Origin: Promethearchaeota archaeon
Lineage (GTDB): Archaea > Asgardarchaeota > Lokiarchaeia > Sigyniarchaeales > SOKP01
Direction of reading: 5' to 3'
Length of the DNA: 64,000 nt
Assembly: GCA_016840085.1 (NCBI GenBank)
Contig: JAEOTA010000043.1
Span: forward strand, 32,488-96,487
Both the position numbers and the translations under genes were made by a program. Below, in pieces: positions 39,428 to 49,814 of the stretch (positions within the stretch are counted from its first letter, which is position 1; each line of letters begins with the position of its first letter). The notes under the pieces were generated by a model. It made no database searches and was not told the origin of the DNA. It saw nothing but the letters and a program-made list of their open reading frames with translations.

Positions 39428-40300
39428 TTGAAATTTAAAGATGCTATTGAAATACTTCGCCCTATTAATGATTTAATGGGAAGTTTAACAGTTATTATAG
39501 GCATTTTAAATACAAGATCAGGCATTTCTGTAGAAAATTTAATAATTAATTTCATATTCGGAATTTTAACGTACTTCTTTATTGCTGGATCTGGAATGGT
39601 TATAAATGATATTTATGATATTGAAATTGATAAAATAAATAGACCAGAGAGACCAATTCCACGAGGCGCTATAACACTTAAGCACGCTAAATATTTATTT
39701 GCAGTTGTATTAAGCATTGGACTTGTTTTATCAATTATACACAGCTTTATTCTTAGTCTTAATTTTCTTAATGTAATAATCGCAGCAATTTTTGGTTTTA
39801 TGGGATGGTTATACGCAAAATGGGGTAAAAAAAGTGGGTTCTTTGGAAATATTATTGTAAGTATATCCTTTTCAATAGGTTTAATTTATGGAGCTATTTT
39901 AAATGGTTTTGAAATCCCTATTTATATTTATTATTTCTTTTTAACTTGCTTTTTCCTTCTGTTATCTCGCGAAATTATTAAAGGATGCGAAGATATTGAA
40001 GGAGATAAAAAGCAAGGAGTGAAAACATTGGCTATTCAGATAGGTATAAAGAAATCTGCTTATACTTCTATGATATTCGCAATTCTAGCTATAGTTTTCT
40101 TTATTCTACCGATTTTCACTAATATAATAAATATATTTCTATATTCAATTTCAATGGTTTTCGGTATAATAGTCGTACTTTATGCAGTAATTTTAACTTT
40201 TAAAAGCAATTTGAAAAAAGAGAGTTTTTCTAAAATAAGTTTATTACTAAAAACTGGGGCATTTCTAGGCTTGATTACTTTTATTTTCGCAAGCATTTAA
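39428..40300 (+). CDS. Digeranylgeranylglyceryl phosphate synthase (UbiA family)
   Basis: RP.N, NDIYDIEIDKINRPERPIPRG, REIIK..EDIEGD..G.KTL. Confidence 0.92.
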   Translation: MKFKDAIEILRPINDLMGSLTVIIGILNTRSGISVENLIINFIFGILTYFFIAGSGMVINDIYDIEIDKINRPERPIPRGAITLKHAKYLFAVVLSIGLVLSIIHSFILSLNFLNVIIAAIFGFMGWLYAKWGKKSGFFGNIIVSISFSIGLIYGAILNGFEIPIYIYYFFLTCFFLLLSREIIKGCEDIEGDKKQGVKTLAIQIGIKKSAYTSMIFAILAIVFFILPIFTNIINIFLYSISMVFGIIVVLYAVILTFKSNLKKESFSKISLLLKTGAFLGLITFIFASI

Positions 40301-40321
40301 TTAAATTTTGTTTTAAATCCC

Positions 40322-41752
40322 CTAATTTTGATACTCTTTTAAAAGTTCCAAAATTTCTTCAACTTTTTTTTCCTTTACGAATTCCTTTAGTTTTTTCTTA
40401 TGTTCTAAATTCATTTCGATAAAAGGTATGGTTTCAATTAATTTTCTTGTTTGTGTAAGACCTAAATACTTTCTTGTATAAATTGCTTCAGAGTATTTAT
40501 ATGTGGTTAAAAATTCACTATCTAGCTTCTTTCTATAAGTTTCTAACATAAAATTAAAATAAATTTTTATTAACTTTTGATCTTTTGGTGAAATCATAGG
40601 TTCGAAAAAGATCTGAATTGGATGAGTTCTATAGGTGTTTCCCGATACATAAATTCCTTTTACATTATAATCATCTTTAATAATCCCTAATCCAACTCTA
40701 CCGTTATAAGAGCCGGTATCTACAGTTCGAACATATAATATGTTAGATTCTACTTTTTGATTTAGAGTATTATCTATTCGAAGATTTAATTTTTTATATT
40801 CATTATTTTGATAATCATTTGCATCAATAACATTTATCTCATTATTTCCCTTATGCTTCATTACTTCCTTTTTTAGTAAATAGTAATTTATCTTTAAGGG
40901 ACTCTTAGCATGATATTCCTTAAGAAACTCATCAAATTCAGAACCAGCACGAAATTTAAATTCTGGTTTTAAAACATAATGTTTTTTGATTAATTGATTT
41001 TGTTTCTTGATTTTTATACCTTCAAATTTTACATTTTCATATTTTGGTAATACTTTCTTTTTAAAAAACCCAATACATATATTTGTTCCTGTATATTCAA
41101 ATATCTTTGTTTCAAATACGATTATTTTATTAATTCTATAAAACTTTAAGAAATCTTTGCGGAATTTATTCGAAACAGATGCGCCAAAAATGAAATTTGA
41201 AGGAATAATATAAATTAAATTCTGAATATTATTTCTCAAATCATTTATCATAGCAATCTGATATAAATCTTGATATCCCTCATTTTTATCCTTGAATAAG
41301 TTTAAATATTTCTGTGTTTCTTTATGTTTTCTAATATAACCTAAATAAAGATAAGGGGGATTTGTAATATGATATAAAGGATATTTTCTGCTCTTCAAAA
41401 AGATAGGAAAACTTTCTAAGTTATCACGTAATTTTATATTATTAGCTGCCACTTTATAAGGTATTCCAAATTTTCCAGCATTATTAATACACTTTTTTAT
41501 CATCTCTGATTGAATATCAGATAAATAAATATGATCTTCAAAAAATCGAACTCGTTTTTCAGGTGAAATTGAATTTAAAATAGGTAAAATTAAATTTCCC
41601 TCACCTGCATATAAATCAATCCATTTAAAACTCCATAATTTATCTTGAATTTCTGGGAAAATATATTTTAAGAAAATATCTTTTGAAGTTAAATGAATAC
41701 CGTATGATCTCCGATAGTTGTTTTCTCTAATTTGGTTTAAATTTTTACTCAT
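40322..41752 (-). CDS. N6-adenine DNA methyltransferase
   Basis: DLYAGEGNL (motif I), ITNPPY (motif IV), DLYQ, IIPSNF. Confidence 0.8.
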   Translation of the reverse strand: MSKNLNQIRENNYRRSYGIHLTSKDIFLKYIFPEIQDKLWSFKWIDLYAGEGNLILPILNSISPEKRVRFFEDHIYLSDIQSEMIKKCINNAGKFGIPYKVAANNIKLRDNLESFPIFLKSRKYPLYHITNPPYLYLGYIRKHKETQKYLNLFKDKNEGYQDLYQIAMINDLRNNIQNLIYIIPSNFIFGASVSNKFRKDFLKFYRINKIIVFETKIFEYTGTNICIGFFKKKVLPKYENVKFEGIKIKKQNQLIKKHYVLKPEFKFRAGSEFDEFLKEYHAKSPLKINYYLLKKEVMKHKGNNEINVIDANDYQNNEYKKLNLRIDNTLNQKVESNILYVRTVDTGSYNGRVGLGIIKDDYNVKGIYVSGNTYRTHPIQIFFEPMISPKDQKLIKIYFNFMLETYRKKLDSEFLTTYKYSEAIYTRKYLGLTQTRKLIETIPFIEMNLEHKKKLKEFVKEKKVEEILELLKEYQN

Positions 41753-41823
41753 TTAAAATATACTAATTAGTTCTTTAAAAATTACAGATAGTCTTATTAA
41801 TAAGTTATTCTAAATATAACTTT

Positions 41824-44067
41824 ATGATTAATTGGATTATAATGGTTTTTTACCAATTATATGATTTAAAATATCTTGACTTAGAACAAATTTTCTGTAT
41901 TAACTTATTACTTTTGATTGTCTGTAGAGGAATATACATAACTTCTTACTATTTCAATTACTGTAAAGACTATAATAAAAAATTAGAGGAAGGAAATAAG
42001 TTATTCACTAAAAACGAGATAGTTTATTTCGGTGTAAAGCAAGCTTCCATTATTCTATTTGGGATGATATATTTTCCTATTACTATATTTATCTCATTCT
42101 ACTCTTTATTAGTGAGTAGCAATTATTTTAAACAAATTGGAGAGCAAGTCAGACTCAAATACACAAATGTTATTGCAAAATTAATTGATATTCTTTTACC
42201 TTTAATTGGAATCATTTGGTTCCTATTTATTAACTTAAATTATTATGCAATTGCTGCAATAGGAATAAGTCTAATTACTTATTTTCATTATGGTCTAAAA
42301 AATTCATCTCTCTCGCTTGGAAAGTTAATTGAAAAATATGATAAACGACGCTTTAATAAATTTCCAAAAGTTGTACAAACTATCGCATTATTTTTATTAA
42401 TTGCAACACCCACGACAATTATTTCAGTTTCAGCAGCTTTTGCACCCCCTTCTAAAAAAGCATATATGATAGAGATGAGAGATGGAGTAAAATTAGCCAC
42501 AGATGTCTATTTTGCTCCAGGTTCTTTTGGTGCTCCTAAACCTGTGATTTTAGTAAGAACTCCCTATGGCAAAAATGGAATGGGAATGTATAGAATGTTT
42601 TATTCTACCCAGGATTATCACCTAGTACTTCAGGATATGCGAGGAACGTATGACTCCGAAGGAGGAGATAAATTCCTCCTTTTTCTTAAATCCTATCAAG
42701 ATGGAGTAGATACTATCAATTGGTTATTAGATAAAAATTGGTGTAATGGTAAAATAGCAAGTGCTGGAGCTTCAGCTCTCTGTATAAATCAATATTTTTA
42801 TGCGGGTATGGCTCCTGAAGGGTTGGTAGCACAACAATTATGGTTTGGGACACCTGAATTATTTGATCATGCTATATACCAAGGATCTTACCATAAATCC
42901 TCGGTAGAAACGTGGATACAAAGTACAGGTCCAGAAAATTGGGAATATCAGTTAGATACGATATTTAAATATTCTAATCCCAAAAATGAAACCCTCTATA
43001 ATTCTACATCTTTATCAATATTAAAGGGACCTCATTATTCAAATATTTCAGTTTATGGAATTCATGTTGGAGGGTGGTATGACCACTTTCTTCAAGGAAC
43101 GATCGATGGATATATAGGTTATGATAATTATGGGACTGAATTAGCAAAAGGCCATCAAAAACTAGTTATAGGACCATGGACTCATGTTAATTTATGGTCA
43201 ACTAAACAGGCAGAACTTATTTACCCTAAAAATTCTAAAGGATTTAATTTAGTTTTTAAATGGGAGCAAAAAGTCTTTGATGCTGCTCTTTTAGGTAAAC
43301 CTATTAATTGGGATGGTGCTAGAGTTGCATATTATTTGATGGGAGATGTGGATACAGCATCGACTGAATGGAATTATTGGCGGTACGCAAAAGATTGGCC
43401 ACTAGATTATATAGATGATAAATGGTATTTTACTTCTGAAGGCGGTTTAATTAATAGTACTCTTCCATCAATAAATAAAAATTTCTCGTTTCTGTACGAT
43501 CCTCGATATCCGGTTCCAAATCGGGGAGGTCAAAATCAACCATTCGATCTTGTGGGACCAATGGATCAAAGAATAATCGAAAATAGATCTGATGTATTAA
43601 TTTTTGAAACTCCTGTATTATCGGAAGCAGTTGAAGTCGTAGGAAGAATTTGGGGCAATTTATTTGTTTCTTCAAACTGTACGGATACAGATTTTACTGT
43701 TAAATTGACAGATGTATATCCAGATGGTCGTTCAATGTTAATTACAGATGGTTCATTAACAGTTAGATCGCGATATAACTATACTTCTGAAATGTTTATG
43801 TCTGGAAATCAGAAGGACGTGTATGAATTACTAGTGGATTGCTGGTCTACTGCTTATGTTTTTGCACCAGGTCATAAAATAAGAGTAGCTATCTCCAGTT
43901 CAAATTATCCACGATTCGCAGCAAACCCAAATACTGGAGTTCCATTAGCATATAGCTATTTGAAGTATAATATCGCGAATAATACATTACTCACTGGTTC
44001 AGATTATCCATCGTGTATAATTTTACCTCATTTAGTGAATGTGAGCAGTACACATATTTTACATTAA
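41824..44067 (+). CDS. Membrane-anchored CocE/NonD family serine hydrolase
   Basis: N-terminal TMs; MRDGVKLATDVY, RTPY, D.RG..SEG, GASA nucleophile, GGWYD, IGPWTH, DTDF..KL.DVYPDG, SSSNYPRF. Confidence 0.88.
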   Translation: MINWIIMVFYQLYDLKYLDLEQIFCINLLLLIVCRGIYITSYYFNYCKDYNKKLEEGNKLFTKNEIVYFGVKQASIILFGMIYFPITIFISFYSLLVSSNYFKQIGEQVRLKYTNVIAKLIDILLPLIGIIWFLFINLNYYAIAAIGISLITYFHYGLKNSSLSLGKLIEKYDKRRFNKFPKVVQTIALFLLIATPTTIISVSAAFAPPSKKAYMIEMRDGVKLATDVYFAPGSFGAPKPVILVRTPYGKNGMGMYRMFYSTQDYHLVLQDMRGTYDSEGGDKFLLFLKSYQDGVDTINWLLDKNWCNGKIASAGASALCINQYFYAGMAPEGLVAQQLWFGTPELFDHAIYQGSYHKSSVETWIQSTGPENWEYQLDTIFKYSNPKNETLYNSTSLSILKGPHYSNISVYGIHVGGWYDHFLQGTIDGYIGYDNYGTELAKGHQKLVIGPWTHVNLWSTKQAELIYPKNSKGFNLVFKWEQKVFDAALLGKPINWDGARVAYYLMGDVDTASTEWNYWRYAKDWPLDYIDDKWYFTSEGGLINSTLPSINKNFSFLYDPRYPVPNRGGQNQPFDLVGPMDQRIIENRSDVLIFETPVLSEAVEVVGRIWGNLFVSSNCTDTDFTVKLTDVYPDGRSMLITDGSLTVRSRYNYTSEMFMSGNQKDVYELLVDCWSTAYVFAPGHKIRVAISSSNYPRFAANPNTGVPLAYSYLKYNIANNTLLTGSDYPSCIILPHLVNVSSTHILH

Positions 44068-44184
44068 TATAATTTATATCTAATCCATTTTTTTAAATTT
44101 TGTGTTAGATGAGTGAATTTATAATTGATTAAAAGATCTTTTCTAAAAAATTAAAATAAAAAAAAATTAATATTTAAAATTTAA

Positions 44185-44901
44185 TTAAATTCGGCTTTTC
44201 AGTTGTTTTTTATATACGTAAATAAATATGATAGAAAAGGTAGCAGTAATCCCTATCAAAATTGGTAAATCATACCCAGAAATTCCACCACCTCCTGATG
44301 GCCCAGACAACTCTTTAAGCATTTCAGACTCAAGACTATTAGGACAAATATCCGCATAACTTTTATTTTCTGCATAATCTGGAAAAGTTGCGATAAAATA
44401 CCAATTATGAGAACTCTGGATAGCGACTGCTTCATTGGGAATACCTATCTCAATATTTTTACCACTAATTGATCCAACGCTTATGGCATCAAAATAGGAG
44501 CCCCATCCTGAATCAGTCCAAAAACCTTCCATACCCCAAAGATAACCATCTTCCTCTTCATCAAATGATACCATATATGAGCCAGTGCCTTGAAATGTTG
44601 TATATATTGTAAACATATACGTATAATTTTCACTTGTGCTTATTGTGTTATAGAATGCAATAGTGAAATCTTGATCAGAACGAACCATTGTATCAACATC
44701 AAGCTCGGAATGAGAACTAGTACGTTTCCAACTTTTCTCAGCAATATCTATGACAATCACATCTCCTTTAGAATCATTTATATTATCATCTGTTGATAAT
44801 TTCAAATCTGCCCGTGTTATTGTACCTAGAGAGATAGAAACAATTAGAAAAAGATTTAAAATAAACAATATGTTTATATATTTTTTTTTCATAGAAATCA
44901 C
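44185..44901 (-). CDS. Secreted surface protein with Loki-CTERM-like anchor
   Basis: Signal-like N-terminus; GGGGISGY-TM-KK C-terminus. Confidence 0.7.
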   Translation of the reverse strand: MISMKKKYINILFILNLFLIVSISLGTITRADLKLSTDDNINDSKGDVIVIDIAEKSWKRTSSHSELDVDTMVRSDQDFTIAFYNTISTSENYTYMFTIYTTFQGTGSYMVSFDEEEDGYLWGMEGFWTDSGWGSYFDAISVGSISGKNIEIGIPNEAVAIQSSHNWYFIATFPDYAENKSYADICPNSLESEMLKELSGPSGGGGISGYDLPILIGITATFSIIFIYVYKKQLKSRI

Positions 44902-45080
44902 CCTTAAAGTTAATATTTATTAACTTTTTTATTATGGTTTCCAAAGTATACTTTCATTTATTCATTAATAAATTTAATCCCCATTGATTACTTTATAGAA
45001 GAAATAAGGAGTTCATTAGTTATAATTTAAATTGACTTTTAGTGTAGTATTCAATAAAAAAAAAAAGAAAAAAAATTATT

Positions 45081-46136
45081 TTAATACTTAGATTTGTATC
45101 TTTCAGCTTTATAAATTTTATAGAAGTCTTCTATTGTACTAAGTGCTACTAATGCAATTATCAAACCCGCTATTCCTCTAAAAACGTTGTAATATTCAGG
45201 TGCAATTCCAATATTTATTAGTGCTTCCCCAGGCTCTTCAAGAATTATTATTGGGAATATTTCTGGGCGATCCATCATCAAAATTACTACTGATATAGAG
45301 GCTAGTTTTACAGCAATTGTTATACTATGAATAATTTGATGAGCAATCATTTGCCTATTTCCTATTAGTCCTCGCGATAAATCTAAGATTCCTTCGGTTA
45401 AAATGAATAATCCAGCGAATTGAAGATATAATAGGAATTCTGAGTCAATCAGACTTATTATGGCTGGAATAGGTTGTATAAGAAACAATATTCCTATCAC
45501 AATTGCAAATGCTCCACCTATAATTTCTCCTACAGGTTTTATATAGGGTTTTAAAGGCCTTTTCTCTATTTCTGTAAGTGGAATTCCTTTTTCCCTAGCA
45601 GTCTCAAGGCGTTGTTTTTCCTTCTCACGTATTTTTTTAGATTTAAAATCTTCAGGAAAATAGCCCTCCATTGAAAGTACAACAAAGATTATGGTTATTA
45701 TAGCGAAAGCTGAAATACAACCAATTTGAATTCCTTGAATCATGTTTCCGATGAATTCCCCAATATCTATATTCCCAAAAATGAAATCTATCACCTGTGA
45801 AAAAATTGAAATCCCGATGATTACCGCAAATACAATTCCTAATACTTTCAAATAAACTGGCCACATTTCTTCGGAGATATATACTTTTGGAGTCCCTCGA
45901 CGTTTGTATTCTTTTGCTATACTCTCTGGTGTTCCCATATGAGTAATTGCTATTTGAACAGATTCTATTGTTGCTTGACCCATTCCTGATAATTCTTCTG
46001 CCTTATTCCATATATGTTCTTCAAGTTCAGCCAAGATTTCCTTATGCTCTTTTTTATCTTTTAGCCAATCAGGTAGTTTAGATTTTACTTCTTTCAAATA
46101 TTCTTTTATTATATTTGCTATTTCTTTTTCACTCAT
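45081..46136 (-). CDS. Membrane protein with HAAS-type N-terminal domain (PadR partner)
   Basis: I.EYL..V...LP...EL.EHI...MG.P..IA.EY followed by multiple TMs; overlaps padR. Confidence 0.75.
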   Translation of the reverse strand: MSEKEIANIIKEYLKEVKSKLPDWLKDKKEHKEILAELEEHIWNKAEELSGMGQATIESVQIAITHMGTPESIAKEYKRRGTPKVYISEEMWPVYLKVLGIVFAVIIGISIFSQVIDFIFGNIDIGEFIGNMIQGIQIGCISAFAIITIIFVVLSMEGYFPEDFKSKKIREKEKQRLETAREKGIPLTEIEKRPLKPYIKPVGEIIGGAFAIVIGILFLIQPIPAIISLIDSEFLLYLQFAGLFILTEGILDLSRGLIGNRQMIAHQIIHSITIAVKLASISVVILMMDRPEIFPIIILEEPGEALINIGIAPEYYNVFRGIAGLIIALVALSTIEDFYKIYKAERYKSKY

Positions 46137-46680
46137 TTCTTAAACCTCTCTCTTTTAATTCTTTTTCTATATTATGCCCACAAACATCACAAAAACGAAG
46201 CTCCAAATTTGTAAGCTCGATTTTGTTAGCACACATAGGACAAAATAAATATTTTTCTGATCTTAAGTTTACTTTAACATCAAATAGTGGTGCAATAGCT
46301 TCCGTCAATTTGCTATAGAATCCCGCAAGGTGATTAAAAATTTTTTTTCCGTATTCTGTAACGCTGTAAAACTTTCTCCGTCTTCCTGAATCCTCTCTTC
46401 TAGAAGTTATTATCGTATCATGTTCTAATTTTCTCAATATTGGATAAAGTGTACCTTCTTCAATAACTAACATTTCATTTGTTTGTTCTGTTAAATCTTT
46501 CAAGATTTTATAGCCATGTAAACCTTCCTTACCTGCTGGCATAAGTATAGATAGTATGCAAAGTGAACTTATACCTCTATTAATCTCAGTCTCTTGTTTT
46601 TCAACATATTCTCTGAAATCTTTTGATGCTATCAAAGCATTCGAATCTAATTCTTTAACTCGTTTTATCATATTTTTCAA
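46129..46680 (-). CDS. PadR family transcriptional regulator with C-terminal zinc ribbon
   Basis: HGY.I, EGTLYP.LRKLE, RRRKFY.VT..G; CPMC..CDVC. Confidence 0.9.
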   Translation of the reverse strand: MKNMIKRVKELDSNALIASKDFREYVEKQETEINRGISSLCILSILMPAGKEGLHGYKILKDLTEQTNEMLVIEEGTLYPILRKLEHDTIITSRREDSGRRRKFYSVTEYGKKIFNHLAGFYSKLTEAIAPLFDVKVNLRSEKYLFCPMCANKIELTNLELRFCDVCGHNIEKELKERGLRNE

Positions 46681-46726
46681 CTCTTTCCACTGTTTTCTAA
46701 ATTTTTATTTTATATAGTATTTTATG

Positions 46727-46754
46727 AATACTATGTCACACACAGTATTTAAAT
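46727..46754 (-). promoter_or_regulatory. Putative PadR operator overlapping the TATA box of padR
   Basis: AATACTATGT-CAC-ACACAGTATT (9/10 inverted repeat, 46727-46749) overlapping minus-strand TTTAAATA preceded by a purine-rich BRE. Confidence 0.6.
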
Positions 46755-46953
46755 CTTTGTATTTGTTATGCAGTATAATTTTCAAAAAAAATAACCACAA
46801 AGAAGAAAAAAGTCGCGAAGTGAAACAAATTTTAACCTTTATAAAGTTTTGCCTTTCCAAAACCAATTAAATTATTAATTTTTTTTATAAATTAATGAAT
46901 TAGGAAAGTATTTATTCTTTTTAACGTTTTAATATGTTAACAGGTTAGGGGAT

Positions 46954-47619
46954 ATGGATTTAATTCATATTAATCGGCTTCAAAAAACATCAGCTATTTT
47001 TGGAATTTTAGGACCAATGATTAATTTAATTGTATTTGCTGTGTTAGGATTTCTTTATCCAGGTTATAACCCAATGAATCAATTTATTAGTGAGCTAGCC
47101 ACTTCGGAAGCTCCTCACAATATAATTATGAATATTTTTGGTTTTAATGTATTTGGTCTTTATTTGATTTTTTTTGGATTTGGTCTTTATCTAGGCGTTA
47201 AAAAGCATCCATTAACAACAATTAGTATGGTTCTGTTTATACTTTCTGGAGTATGCATTTTTGCTCTTTCACTGTTTCCGTGTGATATGGGTTGTAAAAA
47301 CATAACATTTACAGGTATAGGTCACAATTTATTAATTAAGTTTCCTTCAATTGCCATGCCTACTGCAATTCTTCTTTCATTATATCCATTATGGAAAGAT
47401 AGTAATTGGCGAAACTATTGGTGGCTCTTTTTTTTACAAATTGGGATTTTTTTAATCATATATTCACCAATTGCACTATTAATTGACCTTCCTTTAGTGA
47501 TTGGGTTAATACAACGATTAGGGCTTAGCGTTCCTCTTTCTTGGATATTTATAATGTCAACTAAATTATACCGTTTATCAGGAAAGGATGGATCTCTGAA
47601 ATTAGAATCAATCATTTAA
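46954..47619 (+). CDS. DUF998 family membrane protein
   Basis: PGY....Q.ISELA, FPCD..C, H, GL.QR. Confidence 0.8.
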   Translation: MDLIHINRLQKTSAIFGILGPMINLIVFAVLGFLYPGYNPMNQFISELATSEAPHNIIMNIFGFNVFGLYLIFFGFGLYLGVKKHPLTTISMVLFILSGVCIFALSLFPCDMGCKNITFTGIGHNLLIKFPSIAMPTAILLSLYPLWKDSNWRNYWWLFFLQIGIFLIIYSPIALLIDLPLVIGLIQRLGLSVPLSWIFIMSTKLYRLSGKDGSLKLESII

Positions 47620-47649
47620 TGAAAGCTTCCAATTTTGAAATAAGTGAAT

Positions 47650-48306
47650 TTAAGAAAATGATTTTGTTCTAATTTGATCAATTTTTTTAAGATTATACGT
47701 AATCAAGATCAAATTTATGTCACCTAAAGTTCTTACAATCCATTCAGTTAAAACATGGTCGGGACTTAATATGAATAAAAATATCACATAAAACCCTATT
47801 AATATGAATATGGAATAAGAGATTTTTTTTATAGCTTCTTTTTGTCTAACTAAATATACTGCTAAAAGAACATTGACAAAAAAACCTAAAATCCCTGCAA
47901 TAATTGACCAGAATATATGCTGTGGCTTAAAATCTTCAGAAAAAACTCCTGTTAATATAATTGTAATAGCTAATAAGCATCTTACTATTTGAGTTGCCAT
48001 TAATAATGTTTTATCTATTAATATATCAGTATACCACAGAGATAATCCTATAAAAAAAATAATAAACAAAAATCCAGATACTATTATTGAGACATTATAA
48101 AAAAAAGCTCCATCAGGATTAAATGAAGAGTTACCTAAACTACTCATATAATTTTTTAAGGGACTGAAGGTGTGTGGAGCTAATATGATTGAAATTAACA
48201 TTGAAACCCAAGATAAGATAACTATTAAAAATCCAACTATACACGATATAGGCCATTTTGTTAAAATTAATTTAATCTTTTTATTCAATCTTCTTTTTTG
48301 TCTCAT
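47650..48306 (-). CDS. DUF998 family membrane protein
   Basis: N.MS.LG...NP.GA..YN, GVFSED...H, EW. Confidence 0.75.
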   Translation of the reverse strand: MRQKRRLNKKIKLILTKWPISCIVGFLIVILSWVSMLISIILAPHTFSPLKNYMSSLGNSSFNPDGAFFYNVSIIVSGFLFIIFFIGLSLWYTDILIDKTLLMATQIVRCLLAITIILTGVFSEDFKPQHIFWSIIAGILGFFVNVLLAVYLVRQKEAIKKISYSIFILIGFYVIFLFILSPDHVLTEWIVRTLGDINLILITYNLKKIDQIRTKSFS

Positions 48307-48539
48307 TTAAAAAATTAAAGACTTTGGATCCTTAAACCTGTCTTCAAGAATTACTAAAGACAACATTTATTTTTATTTTTATTTATTTAAAATTTAGTTT
48401 AATGAAATCAAAACAAATAAATAGATATAATTTATAAAATTCATAAAGAAGATGGATTAAGTATTATCTGAACTAAGTTTCGGTTAGGGGTAAATTTAAT
48501 ATTATTGAAAAGATAAATAAATAATAAGGATAAAAAAAA

Positions 48540-49319
48540 ATGAAGCAAAGAAATTCATATTTGGAATTTTTTAATCCAATTTTCATAAAAATGAAAAAAA
48601 ATACTAAATATCTTTATAATAAACTCACAGAGCCAAAAGTAGTTAAAATTAGCATTTATATAAGCTTGCTGACTTTTTTACCAGGATTAATCTTTGGATT
48701 AATAATTGCAATAAGATTTGGAGGCTTCGAGTATAGTATTTGGTATAATTGGATAAGTGATTTAGGTTCAAATAGATATACACCAGCTCCCTTTATTCTA
48801 GATTTAACATGCATAATAAGCTCAATTTTTATTATTCCTTTAATCTTAAATTTAAGTCGATTATATAGTTCACATCAAAATCATGAATTAGATAACTCTA
48901 AGAAAGAACACTATATTGTTCTATTTAGAAGAATTTTTGGATATATTGGCGTAGTTAGTCTTTTTGTTGGAGTTATAGGCATGTTTTTTGTTGGAGTTTT
49001 TAGTTTAGATCGTTCTCCATTTGATTTGCATTACTATTTCTCTACATCGGCATTTGGTGGATTTGCGGTTGGTGCTTTGTTCACAGGTTTAGCTATAGTA
49101 TTAAGGAAAAGAATATTTCCTAAAACAGTTGGGTATTTTATGGTTTTCGGGCCATCAACAGCTGCTTTACTATATATAATATCTCCAGCACCATTAACAA
49201 GACAGTTTCTTGAATGGATTATGATGTTTTCTTCTCTTGCGTGGTATTATGTAATAGTTTTCATTACTTTACAAAAATTAAATTCACTTCTCTTTTTTAA
49301 TCCTAACTTCAAGTGGTAG
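48540..49319 (+). CDS. DUF998 family membrane protein
   Basis: YSI..NWISDLG, VGVFS.D....LH, LEW. Confidence 0.75.
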   Translation: MKQRNSYLEFFNPIFIKMKKNTKYLYNKLTEPKVVKISIYISLLTFLPGLIFGLIIAIRFGGFEYSIWYNWISDLGSNRYTPAPFILDLTCIISSIFIIPLILNLSRLYSSHQNHELDNSKKEHYIVLFRRIFGYIGVVSLFVGVIGMFFVGVFSLDRSPFDLHYYFSTSAFGGFAVGALFTGLAIVLRKRIFPKTVGYFMVFGPSTAALLYIISPAPLTRQFLEWIMMFSSLAWYYVIVFITLQKLNSLLFFNPNFKW

Positions 49320-49468
49320 CAAAATCATTTTTTTATATTTATTGTTTTCTTGAAAAATAATTTGGTTTATAAACTGGACTAATATATTGCTAATTTGGAT
49401 AAGTTCAGTGTATATTTAGTTGCTTAAATTCTTTGAACACTAAAAAGTTCTTTCATTATCTAAAATCA

Positions 49469-49630
49469 TTATCCGAACAAACCGCCACCGCCACCGTCAC
49501 CGTCATAAAGGTCTTCGGTACCAGGAATAACGGGAACACCAGCTAACGGTAAAATCACGAAAAGTAAAAGTACAACGAATATTATTATTACAACAACACT
49601 GATTATAATTATCATATTCTTTTTTTCCAT
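49469..49630 (-). CDS. 53-aa single-pass membrane protein with Gly-rich tail
   Basis: MEKKNMIIIISVVVIIIFVVLLLFVILPLAGVPVIPGTEDLYDGDGGGGGLFG; AGGA RBS upstream; not in the ORF track. Confidence 0.7.
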   Translation of the reverse strand: MEKKNMIIIISVVVIIIFVVLLLFVILPLAGVPVIPGTEDLYDGDGGGGGLFG

Positions 49631-49814
49631 AATATTTCCTATTATTTTATATATATAAGGTTTATTAGAATAAAGGGGAGTAATAATTGATTTTTTTGTA
49701 TGTGACCTAATTATATAACATTTTTTGTAAATTTCTTTATGATTTAAAAATATTAAATTATAAACTTAGTTTTCATTTTATTAGATATTATTCTTAATAA
49801 TTAGTGATATAGTT

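Noticed and set aside
49469-49500. GLFG as a nucleoporin-like repeat
   Set aside because: Single occurrence in a 53-aa membrane peptide.
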